A DNA stretch of 64,000 nucleotides from Patescibacteria group bacterium (GCA_038063815.1 JBBTUJ010000003.1:12965-76964), one strand, 5' to 3'; counted from the first letter of the stretch, positions 26,933 through 36,339 are shown. The notes: generated from the sequence alone by a model not told the origin. Translations and numbers: made by a program.

Positions 26933-27509
26933 AATTACGCGTGTTGAGTTGCTTCATCGCTTCTTTGACACGTTCACTTGTCCCAACGATTGCGTTATCG
27001 ATTTTTTTCACCGCATCACGCGCACTTTGTTGTGTGTACCCAAGCGAAACAAGCGCTTCGATGACGTCGGCATCTTCACGCAACTCTGGTGTCGCGATGT
27101 CTGGTGCACCGATTCTATCTTTGAGTTCAACAACAATCTTCTCTGCCGTTTTTTTACCAATGCCGGAAACCTTGGTGAGGTATGTTGTGTCACCGCGCCC
27201 GATTGCAGTACGAAGCGTTGTTGATGTCGCGAGAGAGAGAACCGCAAGTGCGGACTTGGGACCGATACCCGGGACGTTTATGAGCATCTCAAAAAGCGTG
27301 AGCTCGTTTGTTGTTGCAAATCCGAACAGTTCCATCGAATTTTCACGTACCGCAAGATGTGTATGGAGAGAAACGGGAGACCCTACCTCAACCGGAAGCG
27401 TTGCAAATGTTTCTGTTGAGACGTGCACGCGGTATCCAACACCATTCACGTCAAGAATAATCGAACCGAGGTCTTTCGTGTGAAGTGTGCCTGAGAGGAA
27501 TGAGATCAT
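26925..27509 (-). CDS. ruvA: Holliday junction DNA helicase RuvA
   Basis: 'MISFLSGTL...GVGYRVHVS' RuvA N-terminus, HhH region. Confidence 0.9.
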   Translation of the reverse strand: MISFLSGTLHTKDLGSIILDVNGVGYRVHVSTETFATLPVEVGSPVSLHTHLAVRENSMELFGFATTNELTLFEMLINVPGIGPKSALAVLSLATSTTLRTAIGRGDTTYLTKVSGIGKKTAEKIVVELKDRIGAPDIATPELREDADVIEALVSLGYTQQSARDAVKKIDNAIVGTSERVKEAMKQLNTRNYA

Positions 27510-27602
27510 AGAAATAGTTTATAGGTTTTAAGGTAGAGGGGATAGGGGGGTGATTTTTCTTGCTTAAAATCAGCTTTCTTGGTATTCTCTTCACGTTCAC
27601 CT

Positions 27603-27872
27603 ATGCCAATAATTAGAGCAGCAAAAAAGGCACTTAGATCCTCAGCGAGAAAACGCGTTTTTAATCAGCGCCGGGTTCGCGCGATGAAAAGTGTTGTCAA
27701 AGAGATTCGAACGAATGTTGCAAAGGGCGCGGCAAAAGAAGCCCGCGAACAGCTCGCCCTTGCGTATAAGGCAATCGATAAAGCACTTAAAAGCGGCCTT
27801 ATCAAGAAGAATGCCGCAGCACGAAAGAAGTCCCGCCTCGCGAAACTCCTCAAAAAAGCAGCTGCAAAGTAG
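27603..27872 (+). CDS. rpsT: 30S ribosomal protein S20
   Basis: 'MPIIRAAKKALRSSARKRVFNQRR...' lysine/alanine-rich S20; start at the internal ATG. Confidence 0.85.
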   Translation: MPIIRAAKKALRSSARKRVFNQRRVRAMKSVVKEIRTNVAKGAAKEAREQLALAYKAIDKALKSGLIKKNAAARKKSRLAKLLKKAAAK

Positions 27873-27880
27873 CCACAGAA

Positions 27881-27908
27881 CCCGCCGCAAGGCGGGGTTT
27901 GTTTTTAT
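27881..27908 (+). terminator. rho-independent terminator after rpsT
   Basis: CCCGCCgcaaGGCGGGgtttgtttttat. Confidence 0.75.
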
Positions 27909-27969
27909 AAAGAAATCGCCCCCGAGGACTACCCGGGGGACTTCGCGATTTCGTAGGACACGTCACGGC

Positions 27970-28227
27970 CTAAGCGGACTGCGCGGCGGCCAGCTGACTC
28001 GACGATTGCTGGAGCAGGTCGAGATACTTCTCGATTTGCTCCGTTCCGTAATGCACCTGACCCGAGGGGGTGTGAAGGTACGGCGTTCCGACGTACGCCG
28101 AACCAAGGGATACGGTATACCGGTGACCGCACACCTTTGCCAGCCTCTTGCGCAACCGCGCTTCAACCTCAGCGAGCTTGGGGATGGAGGGGCTCAGGTA
28201 GAGCAACCACCAATTTTCTGTAGCCAC
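27970..28227 (-). CDS. hypothetical protein in a GC-rich islet
   Basis: 85 aa ORF; no recognisable motifs; composition differs from its flanks. Confidence 0.25.
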   Translation of the reverse strand: MATENWWLLYLSPSIPKLAEVEARLRKRLAKVCGHRYTVSLGSAYVGTPYLHTPSGQVHYGTEQIEKYLDLLQQSSSQLAAAQSA

Positions 28228-28515
28228 GGCGGGCGTCTCCTTCCTCGGTCGGTTGTGGAACGTTTCTAAACACTCACAATACGCTTAAGAAAAAGAGTGT
28301 CAATATTACATGCAGTATTCTTGAATTGATCCGAACGCATTTTTCCGGAAAATTCCCCCCCGTGAAAATTCGGCAACCCGCGAACGCAGAGAGCGGAGCA
28401 GTCGTCGTATGACGGAAAGGCGGCGGCTTGTACTGAGCGAAGTCGAAGTGAGTCGCACCACTGACAATTTCAAGTTTCTCTTTGATTCGTTTGGCCCACC
28501 ATTACTTCTGGTTTT

Positions 28516-29127
28516 TTATGGTCCGCGCCTTTCAATAATCTTTGTTACCTTACCATCTTTTTGAGTCACGTGAAAAAGAGTAATTTGAGAAAAGGAATAA
28601 TTTGTTGGTCCGATCTTGCTATCAAGAAATGCTTGCGAGGTGTTGATGTCCGTCGTCCTCCACTGGTTTTCATAGTTTGGAGAGTAATAGAAAAATGGTC
28701 CGGCGGAAGGCAACATTTCTAAGGTCTGGGTCATTTTATCAGCTTCAATAGGGAACGCATCGGTAATTACCGCGTGAGCTGGATCGGCCGGGCAAATTGC
28801 AGGTAGTGTCTCATGTTCATCTTGGAGTTTTCGGCAATTAATTATGCGTACCGGATCAATTGTGACAAACAGCTTATCGTCACGCTTAACAATCGCTTCA
28901 ATATAGGCAAGGTTACTAGAATCACTATCAAAAAGATCGGGTATGCCAGCTTCCGCAAACGTGTAATAAGTATACTTTGAAGCCACTGGTGTTGGTGTAG
29001 GTTGTTGCGCAACTGACCCCGATTTCTTAACGAATACAAAGTATCCAACCGTACATAATCCTAAGAGTATAACTACTACTACTATCAAAACAATATTTGC
29101 AAAACCTTTTTGATTGCTCGTATTCAT
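28516..29127 (-). CDS. membrane-anchored hypothetical protein (AT-rich)
   Basis: N-terminal TM 'IVLIVVVVILLGLCTVGYFVFV'. Confidence 0.5.
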   Translation of the reverse strand: MNTSNQKGFANIVLIVVVVILLGLCTVGYFVFVKKSGSVAQQPTPTPVASKYTYYTFAEAGIPDLFDSDSSNLAYIEAIVKRDDKLFVTIDPVRIINCRKLQDEHETLPAICPADPAHAVITDAFPIEADKMTQTLEMLPSAGPFFYYSPNYENQWRTTDINTSQAFLDSKIGPTNYSFSQITLFHVTQKDGKVTKIIERRGP

Positions 29128-29222
29128 GTGTTTATTAGTTAATTATTTTGACTTTTCCTACGTGGTGCCCCCGAGAGGACACGTTCTTCCTCTCCCGGTC
29201 ATTTTCTCACCATGTTCGCAAA

Positions 29223-29294
29223 TGCCCTCGAGAGGAATCGAACCTCTATTGCAAGCTCCGCAAGCTTGCGTCCTATCCGTTGAACGACGAGGGC
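29223..29294 (-). tRNA. tRNA-Arg (anticodon reads GCG; G37)
   Basis: minus-strand cloverleaf: acceptor GCCCTCG/CGAGGGC, anticodon stem CAAGC/GCTTG, loop UUGCGGA, T-loop TTCGATT. Confidence 0.7.
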
Positions 29295-29359
29295 AGTAAT
29301 TGTCTGCGTGAGCACACTATACGTTGCTCGCATTAGTTTTTCAACGCGCGCACGAAAAA

Positions 29360-29845
29360 CTAGAAGCCGAGTATTTCCATGATGTGCTCGGAGAGCGATT
29401 CCTTCACCTCCTCTTCTGAGATGTGATCGAGCAGCCGTTCGCGGACATCCGAGGCGGGCACGCCCTCAAGGGGAAGTGTGATGTACGGCATAAAAACCTT
29501 TTGTGATTTAACGATGAGTTTATTTGGGATTCTGTGCTCGTGTATCCAAAATGATTCAAGCGTTTGGTATGGAAAAAGCACCCCATCAACAACCACGCCT
29601 CTTGTATTGATTTCAAATGACACGTGCCGCGGATGACGAAGTACATACAGAACAAGCGTCAGTGCGCCGATGATAATCAAAACACCAAAGAGAACATTTC
29701 CAAAAATAATCGCAAGAATCGCTCCTCCGAGTGCGATAACGCCAACGGCCCAAAACCAATCGTTTGATCGTTCGCGATGCTCGTACTCAAGCGCGCTCCA
29801 GATGAGGGGTTCCATGCAAGTATTGTAGCGCATATCACGAAGCAT
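29360..29845 (-). CDS. integral membrane hypothetical protein
   Basis: two TM helices 'WFWAVGVIALGGAILAIIFGNVLFGVLIIIGALTLVLYVL'. Confidence 0.45.
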   Translation of the reverse strand: MLRDMRYNTCMEPLIWSALEYEHRERSNDWFWAVGVIALGGAILAIIFGNVLFGVLIIIGALTLVLYVLRHPRHVSFEINTRGVVVDGVLFPYQTLESFWIHEHRIPNKLIVKSQKVFMPYITLPLEGVPASDVRERLLDHISEEEVKESLSEHIMEILGF

Positions 29846-29908
29846 GAAACATGAATCGTGAATTAACGCTGGACGAGTAAGTGTTTGTTGTATATTGTTC
29901 GTCTGAAC

Positions 29909-29998
29909 GGTGGGGTGGCGGAGTGGTCTAACGCACCTGTCTTGAAAACAGGAGTCCCTTTACGGGGACCGTGAGTTCGAATCTCACCCCCACCGCCA
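29909..29998 (+). tRNA. tRNA-Ser (anticodon UGA), CCA encoded
   Basis: acceptor GGTGGGG/CCCCACC, long variable arm, anticodon loop CUUGAAA, T-loop TTCGAAT. Confidence 0.85.
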
Positions 29999-30006
29999 TA
30001 AACAAG

Positions 30007-30354
30007 ATGTTATACAGACAAACGCCGAGACACCGGATTATTTTTTGGACTCATCTCCTCATTATTTTAGTAGTATGGTCTTCTCCGTTTTGGATTCCGT
30101 GGAGAATTATTTGTGTTGGTATAGCCGCCTACTACCTTCAGTTGCTTCTGGTGGGCAATTGCATTTTGACGAAGCTTCAATTTCAATCGACAGAGCTAGA
30201 TTTAAGTTTCCACTCTTATTGTATAGAACAACTCGGAATCAACCTGAACCGTCGTAGGGTTTTGTTTGTAGTTGATCACATAGTGCCGTGGATTATTCTT
30301 GGTGTAAGTTTGTTGTGGCAAATATACCTACACCACTCTTCTGTTTTGATTTAA
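30007..30354 (+). CDS. small integral membrane protein, hypothetical
   Basis: AT-rich; multiple hydrophobic helices; start placed after the tRNA. Confidence 0.4.
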   Translation: MLYRQTPRHRIIFWTHLLIILVVWSSPFWIPWRIICVGIAAYYLQLLLVGNCILTKLQFQSTELDLSFHSYCIEQLGINLNRRRVLFVVDHIVPWIILGVSLLWQIYLHHSSVLI

Positions 30355-30390
30355 ACTTCGCTCCTCAAATAACTGTAAAAAATACATAAA

Positions 30391-30789
30391 ATGAAAACAT
30401 CTCTCTACCATATACAGCTTAATGTTTCTGATGCCGCAACATCATTTCCATTCTATAAAGACCTGTTTCATTATTTTGAGTACAAGATAATAGACGAGGG
30501 AGAAGGGTACCTCGGCGTGTCGAATGGAACAACTGATTTTTGGATTATGACGACCGAAGAAAAATTTAAGAATGCCAACTTCCACCGGAAAAATCCCGGC
30601 GTAAACCACCTTGCCTTTCAGGTAGAGAAAAAAGAAGACGTTGATACCTTTGTAAAAGATTTTCTTAAACCACGAAATATTTCAACTTTATACGAAACAC
30701 CAAAAGCATTTCCTGAATACACACCAGATTACTACGCTGTATTTTTTGAAGATCCCGATCGAATCAAACTGGAGATCGTATATAAATAG
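30391..30789 (+). CDS. VOC / glyoxalase-bleomycin-resistance family protein
   Basis: 132 aa, 'HIQLNVSD...NHLAFQVE' VOC fold motifs. Confidence 0.65.
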   Translation: MKTSLYHIQLNVSDAATSFPFYKDLFHYFEYKIIDEGEGYLGVSNGTTDFWIMTTEEKFKNANFHRKNPGVNHLAFQVEKKEDVDTFVKDFLKPRNISTLYETPKAFPEYTPDYYAVFFEDPDRIKLEIVYK

Positions 30790-30812
30790 GCCTTTCTTGG
30801 TACAATCACTAT

Positions 30813-32060
30813 ATGACCAAGCCGCAAAGAATATTTGTTGCCGTTCTCACCTTGCTTGTTGGCGTAGGACTTTTGTTTGTCGGCTTTACTACTCGAAACG
30901 CAGAAAAAGGAACCACCAATGATTCCGAGACGTCAGGGCTTCCGGAAGAGGTGTCCCTGCTTACGTACGGTGAACCAGTCAGTTATTCTGCATCTGTTCC
31001 GGCTCATTGGAAATTGTATAAAAACAAAGAACTCGGAATTTCTTTTATGTATCCGCCAACCATGCGGGTTGAGCAATATGTAAAGTCACATATTTCTCTT
31101 GTGAGTGGGGCAGAAAAAACGGAGATTGCCTGTAACGAAGAGCGACCCGAAGTACCACCATGGATTTCTTTTTCCTTCATGAATAACCCTGAAAATCTAT
31201 CACTCGAAGACCTTGCTGGGGCATTGCAAGTATTTGATAACCCCACGGTAGTTCATCCGGTTACGTTTGCAGAACAACGAGGTCTTCTTTATGAATCTCG
31301 TTATCTAGATGGTGGTATTCGTAAGAACCTATTCATTGAGGTTTTTGATCGTGCTGTACAAGTTGATTGGTGGCCAGATATCAATTCTGACGAAGAGTGG
31401 AAAAATACGATTCACACAGTTCTCTCATCCCTTTCTTTTCCGGAAGTTGAAAGGAAAAGTATGTATGAGTTAGAGCCCATGTCATCAGATTATGAGACGG
31501 ACTATCGGCTTGTTTTTTATGACGAGAGCGGGAGCAAGCGTGTTCTTTTAAACAACGTTAATACGTTAGCGGGAGTTTATCTGCAGGAGTTCTATTTTCC
31601 CGTCGGTAAAGAAAAAATCTACTTCTCCTCCCTCGCTTATGGATCGGATTCCCCCTGGAGCGATTTGTATAAATATGATCTTTCAACGTCGACTTTCCAA
31701 AGAATGAATATCTCTGATTTCATACGGTCTGAAAGATTTTTATCTCCGGATAAGAGATGGATTGCTGGGTACAATACACGTTCAGAGAAAACAGTTGGTA
31801 CAGAAGAGTCATTGTACGTATTCGATTTGGAAAAAGACGAAATGGAAGAAGAGGTTCGTTTAGAGGGAGGAAATCTTACTTTTATGGAAACGTGCCAGGC
31901 AGAGATAGCCGATGTTTGCTGGGGTAGCGATTTACAATGGCTTGATGATAACTCTTTTGAATACAAGGTATATAGAGCCGATGGGCCAACGATGTGCAAG
32001 AGTGACTCCAACACCCATTTCCCATTATTTGAAACTCGTCGCGCCGTACTGACACCCTAA
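30813..32060 (+). CDS. secreted/membrane-anchored hypothetical protein (AT-rich accessory)
   Basis: N-terminal TM 'IFVAVLTLLVGVGLLFVGF'; no recognised domain. Confidence 0.45.
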   Translation: MTKPQRIFVAVLTLLVGVGLLFVGFTTRNAEKGTTNDSETSGLPEEVSLLTYGEPVSYSASVPAHWKLYKNKELGISFMYPPTMRVEQYVKSHISLVSGAEKTEIACNEERPEVPPWISFSFMNNPENLSLEDLAGALQVFDNPTVVHPVTFAEQRGLLYESRYLDGGIRKNLFIEVFDRAVQVDWWPDINSDEEWKNTIHTVLSSLSFPEVERKSMYELEPMSSDYETDYRLVFYDESGSKRVLLNNVNTLAGVYLQEFYFPVGKEKIYFSSLAYGSDSPWSDLYKYDLSTSTFQRMNISDFIRSERFLSPDKRWIAGYNTRSEKTVGTEESLYVFDLEKDEMEEEVRLEGGNLTFMETCQAEIADVCWGSDLQWLDDNSFEYKVYRADGPTMCKSDSNTHFPLFETRRAVLTP

Positions 32061-32065
32061 GTGAT

Positions 32066-32461
32066 ATGACCATCCTCGGAATTGATTACGGAGAGAAGCG
32101 CGTGGGAATCGCGCTTTCGGATACGTCGGAAACACTTGCGTTCCCGAAGGAAACATTTGAGAGCAGAAAAACACTTCTTGACGATGTCGTTTCTCTTGTC
32201 CAAAAAGAGAACGCGCGCATCGTCGTTCTGGGTTTGTCCCAAGATCTCAAAGGGAATGATAATCCGGTGATGGAGCATATCCGATCATTCAAAAAAGAAC
32301 TTGAAACACGACTCGGTATTCCTGTCGTACTTGAAGCGGAATTCTGGTCATCTGCCGAGGCGCGGCGATTCCAGGGAAAAGTAGAAGGACTTGATGCGTC
32401 TGCCGCCGCGATTATTTTACAAAGATTTTTAGATAAACAGAGAAGCGCGGCAACAAATTAA
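32066..32461 (+). CDS. ruvX: YqgF/RuvX putative Holliday junction resolvase / pre-16S rRNA nuclease
   Basis: 'MTILGIDYGEKRVGIALSD' RNase H-like. Confidence 0.85.
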   Translation: MTILGIDYGEKRVGIALSDTSETLAFPKETFESRKTLLDDVVSLVQKENARIVVLGLSQDLKGNDNPVMEHIRSFKKELETRLGIPVVLEAEFWSSAEARRFQGKVEGLDASAAAIILQRFLDKQRSAATN

Positions 32462-32462
32462 T

Positions 32463-32834
32463 ATGACCATCTCACACGACGATTTTAAAAAGGTAGATAT
32501 CAAAATTGGAAAAATCCTCTCTGTCGAGGAAGTTCCTGAAGCGGACAAGCTTCTGAAACTCATGGTTGATTTTGGGCTCAAACCCTCTGCTACTGTAGAA
32601 GGTTCGTCCGAAGGTGAAGAGCGCGATATCAGACAGATCATTTCCGGTATCAAGCAGAGAGTTGCCGACCCGCAAGCGCTTGTTGGTATGAAAACGACAT
32701 TTGTCGTCAATCTCGAGCCGCGGATGATTAAGGGGCTTGAGAGCAACGGAATGCTTTTTGCCGCAGGAGGTGAAGAAAACTTTGCATTTCTCATTCCAGA
32801 TAAAGATATTCCCGAGGGATCCAGAACAAATTAG
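32463..32834 (+). CDS. tRNA-binding domain protein (CsaA/Trbp111-like)
   Basis: 'KVDIKIGKILSVEEVPEADKLLKLMVDFG...SNGMLFAA' OB-fold tRNA-binding signature. Confidence 0.8.
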   Translation: MTISHDDFKKVDIKIGKILSVEEVPEADKLLKLMVDFGLKPSATVEGSSEGEERDIRQIISGIKQRVADPQALVGMKTTFVVNLEPRMIKGLESNGMLFAAGGEENFAFLIPDKDIPEGSRTN

Positions 32835-32912
32835 TTGGTAGACCGTAGTACGAAGAACGTGGCGCGCCGCTTCTCCCTGATTCTGCAGAATTAGGGAGAA
32901 GCGGCAAATCCT

Positions 32913-32946
32913 TGTTCCTTGTTCATCGTTCATTGTGTATCATTGA
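32913..32946. repeat. degenerate TTCATTG heptad tandem repeat upstream of pilM
   Basis: ttgttccttgttcatcgttcattgtgtatcattg immediately 5' of the pilM ATG (32951). Confidence 0.6.
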
Positions 32947-32950
32947 CACT

Positions 32951-34045
32951 ATGGCTCTCTCAGAAAAACTCCTTTCTGTTTTTCCTCTACCTTCATCCGT
33001 CACAATGCCGGCGGTTGGGCTTGATATCTCGGATCACTCAATAAAATTTCTCGAACTCGTACACTCACACACAGGATTCCGTGTCGGACGGTTCGGAACG
33101 AAGGAGATTCCCGAAGGCATTGTGGTAGGCGGCATGATTACGCGAAGGGACGACCTCGTGAAGATTCTCGCCGAACTCAAAGATGAGCACAAACTCACGT
33201 ATGTCCGCGCGTCTCTTCCCGAAGAGCCAGGATACATCTTTACGACGATTGTTCCCGCGGTCTCACCCGACGAAATCCGAAGCTTGCTCAAGTTCAAACT
33301 TGAGGAACACGTGCCGATCTCTCCGACAGATGCGGTGATCGATTTTGACACTGTTGCAACCGACGCACCTGTTGGTTCAAAAGAAAAAGTTGTTGCTGTT
33401 TCTGTTTTTCCTGAAGGGTTAGCACAGATTTACGTTGACCTTCTTCACGCTGCCGGTCTCACGCCCGTTTCACTCGAGATAGAAGCCCAGGCGATCGCGC
33501 GCGCGGTCGTGCCGCAGAACCTTACCGCCGCATGTATGTCGGTTGATGTTGGGCGGACGCGTTCGTGTATCAGTGTCGTTGCGGGAGGTGTCGTGCGATT
33601 TACCACGACGGTTGACATTGGCGGAGACGGCTTGTCTCTCGCAATCGCCAAAGCACTTCCTAACGCAAAGGAAGAAGAAATTCTCGTTCTTAAGAACGAA
33701 GAAGGGCTTGCACACACAGAGCACGAAGATGTGAAAACGGCGATGTACGCATTTGCAAAGACGCTTCGAAATGAGATTGAGCGCTATTACATCTATTGGC
33801 AAACACATCCCGAACAAAACCAAAAACTGCCACACCCGCTTGTTGACCGCGTGTTCCTCTCGGGTGGATACGCGAATACCGCAGGGCTCTCGGAATTTTT
33901 ATCCGAAGAACTCTTGATGCCCGTAATACGAGCAAATGTGTGGGAGAACGCATTTTCACTCGACGACCATGTTCCGCCCCTCGAATATCGTCACTCACTG
34001 AGTTACGCGTCATCAATTGGTCTTGCGCTCCATCAGGATACGTAA
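32951..34045 (+). CDS. pilM: type IV pilus assembly protein PilM (actin-like ATPase)
   Basis: 'VGLDISDHSIKFLEL', 'VDVGRTRSCISVV', 'RVFLSGGYANTAGL' actin-fold motifs; followed by pilN/pilO-like genes. Confidence 0.8.
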   Translation: MALSEKLLSVFPLPSSVTMPAVGLDISDHSIKFLELVHSHTGFRVGRFGTKEIPEGIVVGGMITRRDDLVKILAELKDEHKLTYVRASLPEEPGYIFTTIVPAVSPDEIRSLLKFKLEEHVPISPTDAVIDFDTVATDAPVGSKEKVVAVSVFPEGLAQIYVDLLHAAGLTPVSLEIEAQAIARAVVPQNLTAACMSVDVGRTRSCISVVAGGVVRFTTTVDIGGDGLSLAIAKALPNAKEEEILVLKNEEGLAHTEHEDVKTAMYAFAKTLRNEIERYYIYWQTHPEQNQKLPHPLVDRVFLSGGYANTAGLSEFLSEELLMPVIRANVWENAFSLDDHVPPLEYRHSLSYASSIGLALHQDT

Positions 34046-34051
34046 TACAAA

Positions 34052-34141
34052 ACCAACGACCGACAACTAACGACAGAAAACATTGGCAAATGGCGAAGTG
34101 GTTTGTTGTGGGTTGTAGGTTGTGGGTCGTTGGTTACAATA
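34052..34141. repeat. composite inverted-repeat element (copy B, no cargo) between pilM and pilN
   Basis: left ACCAACGACCGACAACTA (identical to 1-18) + 30-nt spacer + right GTTTGTTGTGGGTTGTAGGTTGTGGGTCGTTGGTTACAATA; ACCAACGACC pairs with GGTCGTTGGT. Confidence 0.65.
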
Positions 34142-34146
34142 GTGTT

Positions 34147-34695
34147 GTGGCGAATTTGCTCCCGACAACAGAACGTCTCGCGCTTCTTGCGGGACGAAAG
34201 CGAAAGTTAACGACCGTTTCGACGATACTCGTTGCGGGCACGTTGGCGGTTGCGATTGCACTCCTCCTCCCTTCTCTTATAACGGTGCTTGCTCGTAAGG
34301 AGTCGAGCGATGAGCGTCTTCTTGCGACACAAAAACTCCTCGACCTCCAGAAGGAAACAGGAACCGGGGCCGATCTTGTTCGCACACAAGAAACCATCAC
34401 ACTTCTGGGGAATACGTTGAGGAGCGTCTCTCCGTACGAGAGCGTGCGTGACCTTGTCGACCTTATCCCCTCGGGAGTTACGGTGCGGCATATTTCCATT
34501 GCCACTGAAGGAGAAACGACGACTATCTCGTTTTCGGGAATGGCAGATACACGAACAGCCCTCATATCGTTCGGTGATCGGTTACGTCAATCAGGTTTGT
34601 TTGCTCAGGTTTTGATTCCGCTTCCCGCACTTGCTCAAAATATCGACATCGCATTCGATCTCCATCTCGTGTTCACTCACAGCGAGAAAAAATAA
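34147..34695 (+). CDS. pilN: type IV pilus assembly protein PilN-like
   Basis: a GTG start just after the repeat gives 'MANLLPTTERLALLAGRKRK' (PilN 'INLLP' motif) followed by a TM; the ORF-track 33940 start reads through the repeat. Confidence 0.55.
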   Translation: MANLLPTTERLALLAGRKRKLTTVSTILVAGTLAVAIALLLPSLITVLARKESSDERLLATQKLLDLQKETGTGADLVRTQETITLLGNTLRSVSPYESVRDLVDLIPSGVTVRHISIATEGETTTISFSGMADTRTALISFGDRLRQSGLFAQVLIPLPALAQNIDIAFDLHLVFTHSEKK

Positions 34696-34700
34696 TCTCT

Positions 34701-35249
34701 ATGGCACAATCTCGAGCACAATCTGACACACGCCACGCATCTGTTTTTAGTGCGGTTCTCGTGTCCTTCCTTCTTCTCGTTGTGTATATGGGAGCAATCG
34801 TATTCATTCGCCGCACAACAGCGGCCGTTGAAGCACGTGCTGCGGAGTTGGCACTTGAAGTGCGACGCGAAGAACTGACACGAGACACGTCTAACCTTTT
34901 AAAAGGACTTTCAAAAGAAACAGAAGACCTCTCAGCCTTCTTCGTACATCCCGGTGGAGCGGTTACCCTCATCGAACGGATCGAGGGCTTTTCTCTCTAC
35001 GTTGGGGTTCCGATCACTATCCGTGACGTGTCATTCGTGCCGCTTGCGGAAGGGAGCGAAGAGGGAGCGGTCGCGATGCGCGTTGAGACGGTTGGCTCGT
35101 GGCGGGAAATGACGCATCTCTTGTCTCTTCTCGACACGCTTCCGTTTGAGGCCGAGGTGAGTACTATCGTTTTGGAAGTCGTAAATGAAGGAGAAGATGG
35201 CACGGAATGGTCGCTTCGTGCGGCACTCACTGTCCTTCTTCGTGAATAA
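34701..35249 (+). CDS. pilO: type IV pilus assembly protein PilO-like
   Basis: N-terminal TM then coiled-coil 'AVEARAAELALEVRREEL', position after pilM/pilN. Confidence 0.5.
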   Translation: MAQSRAQSDTRHASVFSAVLVSFLLLVVYMGAIVFIRRTTAAVEARAAELALEVRREELTRDTSNLLKGLSKETEDLSAFFVHPGGAVTLIERIEGFSLYVGVPITIRDVSFVPLAEGSEEGAVAMRVETVGSWREMTHLLSLLDTLPFEAEVSTIVLEVVNEGEDGTEWSLRAALTVLLRE

Positions 35250-35259
35250 GCATATTGAT

Positions 35260-35565
35260 ATGAAAAACCTTCCTCATATAAACGTTAAAAAATTCTTACA
35301 TCGGCCACATCCGACTTTGGCCTTCGCGTGGCTCACCGTTCTTGTGGTGTGCGGCATCCTTATCATAGGAAGCGCTGTTTATGCAGCTTTTGTTTTTAAA
35401 AGAGTGCTTGGGTCGGACGCTTTACCAGAAAATGTCTCCGCTCCGATCGTTGAAACGATCAACCGCGAAGAACTTGTGGAGGTACTCGCCGCATTCCGCA
35501 GACGTGTTACCGAATTTGAGAGGCGCACGAGCACAGTCCCCACGATTCCCGATCCGTCGAGGTAA
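35260..35565 (+). CDS. small membrane protein in pilus operon (PilP-like position)
   Basis: single TM 'LAFAWLTVLVVCGILIIGSAVYAAFVF'. Confidence 0.4.
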   Translation: MKNLPHINVKKFLHRPHPTLAFAWLTVLVVCGILIIGSAVYAAFVFKRVLGSDALPENVSAPIVETINREELVEVLAAFRRRVTEFERRTSTVPTIPDPSR

Positions 35566-35614
35566 TTTTCTTTTTGTTGCCGGCTTCTTATTCTTTCGTG
35601 TATTGTGAGAAAAG

Positions 35615-35686
35615 CCCCTTGTAGTTTAATGGATAAAACGGCTCCCTTCTAAGGAGTTAATGCAGGTTCGATTCCTGCCGAGGGGA
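35615..35686 (+). tRNA. tRNA-Arg (anticodon UCU)
   Basis: acceptor CCCCTTG/CGAGGGG (one G-U), D-arm GTTT..AAAC, anticodon loop CUUCUAA, T-arm GCAGG-TTCGATT-CCTGC. Confidence 0.7.
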
Positions 35687-35840
35687 TATAGGCGAAGCAA
35701 ATAGCCATGCGGCGGGAATCGAACAGGAAGGAGGTCAAGGAAACACTTGTTTCCTTGTGAAGGAAGGCAACGAGCATTGCTCGTGTTGGAAAACCGTGGG
35801 TTTCCAAAAAGTGAGATAGCGTAGCGTCCTGCCGAGGGGA
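35672..35840. repeat. 16-nt direct repeat TCCTGCCGAGGGGATA (tRNA-Arg 3' end repeated about 150 bp downstream)
   Basis: copy 1 inside the tRNA 3' end, copy 2 at about 35823-35838; the bounded 138-bp segment has hairpins (GGAAACActTGTTTCC; CGAGCAttgCTCG). Confidence 0.55.
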
Positions 35841-35850
35841 TAGTAGAATA

Positions 35851-36339
35851 TTGAATATGTCAGAAAGAGAAAAACAGTTTGATCCATCTGCAAAGAAAGA
35901 AGATGGAGCGGAATCTCAGGAATCGGGAGCAAGCACTTCGGGGGATTATATTGATTGGGAAAGATTCCGACAGTCGCCAGCGTATAACAAGCACGTCATG
36001 ATACGTTTGCGGGCCCTTCTTCACAAGACACTTCTACCTATTGAAGAACTGGACAGCATAACCGCCATTGATGTGGAGCAAAGTGAGGATTTTAATGACG
36101 AAGATGCGCGCATGGAGGCTATAGAACGCGCGGCAGAGATGTACCGAACTCCAGAAAGTGATCGAATGTCCGAGGAGATCGGCGCGTTGCATACGGTTGA
36201 AGATGTAAAAGTTTTTGTACGAGAAAAAGATCTCGCTATCGATGTGGATGCTGTTGTACAAAGAATAGAGAATGAGTACCCAGAACTCGAAAAGATGCCA
36301 CAGATTCGCACTGACGGAATTGAACCAAAAAGTTCGTAG
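35851..36339 (+). CDS. acidic hypothetical protein
   Basis: 162 aa, D/E-rich, no recognised motif. Confidence 0.4.
   Translation: MNMSEREKQFDPSAKKEDGAESQESGASTSGDYIDWERFRQSPAYNKHVMIRLRALLHKTLLPIEELDSITAIDVEQSEDFNDEDARMEAIERAAEMYRTPESDRMSEEIGALHTVEDVKVFVREKDLAIDVDAVVQRIENEYPELEKMPQIRTDGIEPKSS

Noticed and set aside
29164-29185. 13/14-nt echo of the tRNA-Arg(GCG) 3' end (TGCCCCCGAGAGGA) 40 nt beyond the tRNA
   Set aside because: It is too close to the tRNA to bound an inserted element. It is probably a tRNA fragment or chance similarity, and is mentioned only as weak support for tRNA-associated rearrangement.
33940-34695. ORF-track 251-aa ORF that starts inside pilM and runs through the repeat into pilN
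   Set aside because: It overlaps the pilM 3' end in another frame and translates the inverted-repeat element. A GTG at 34147 directly after the repeat gives a PilN-like N-terminus, so the long form is treated as an artefactual extension.
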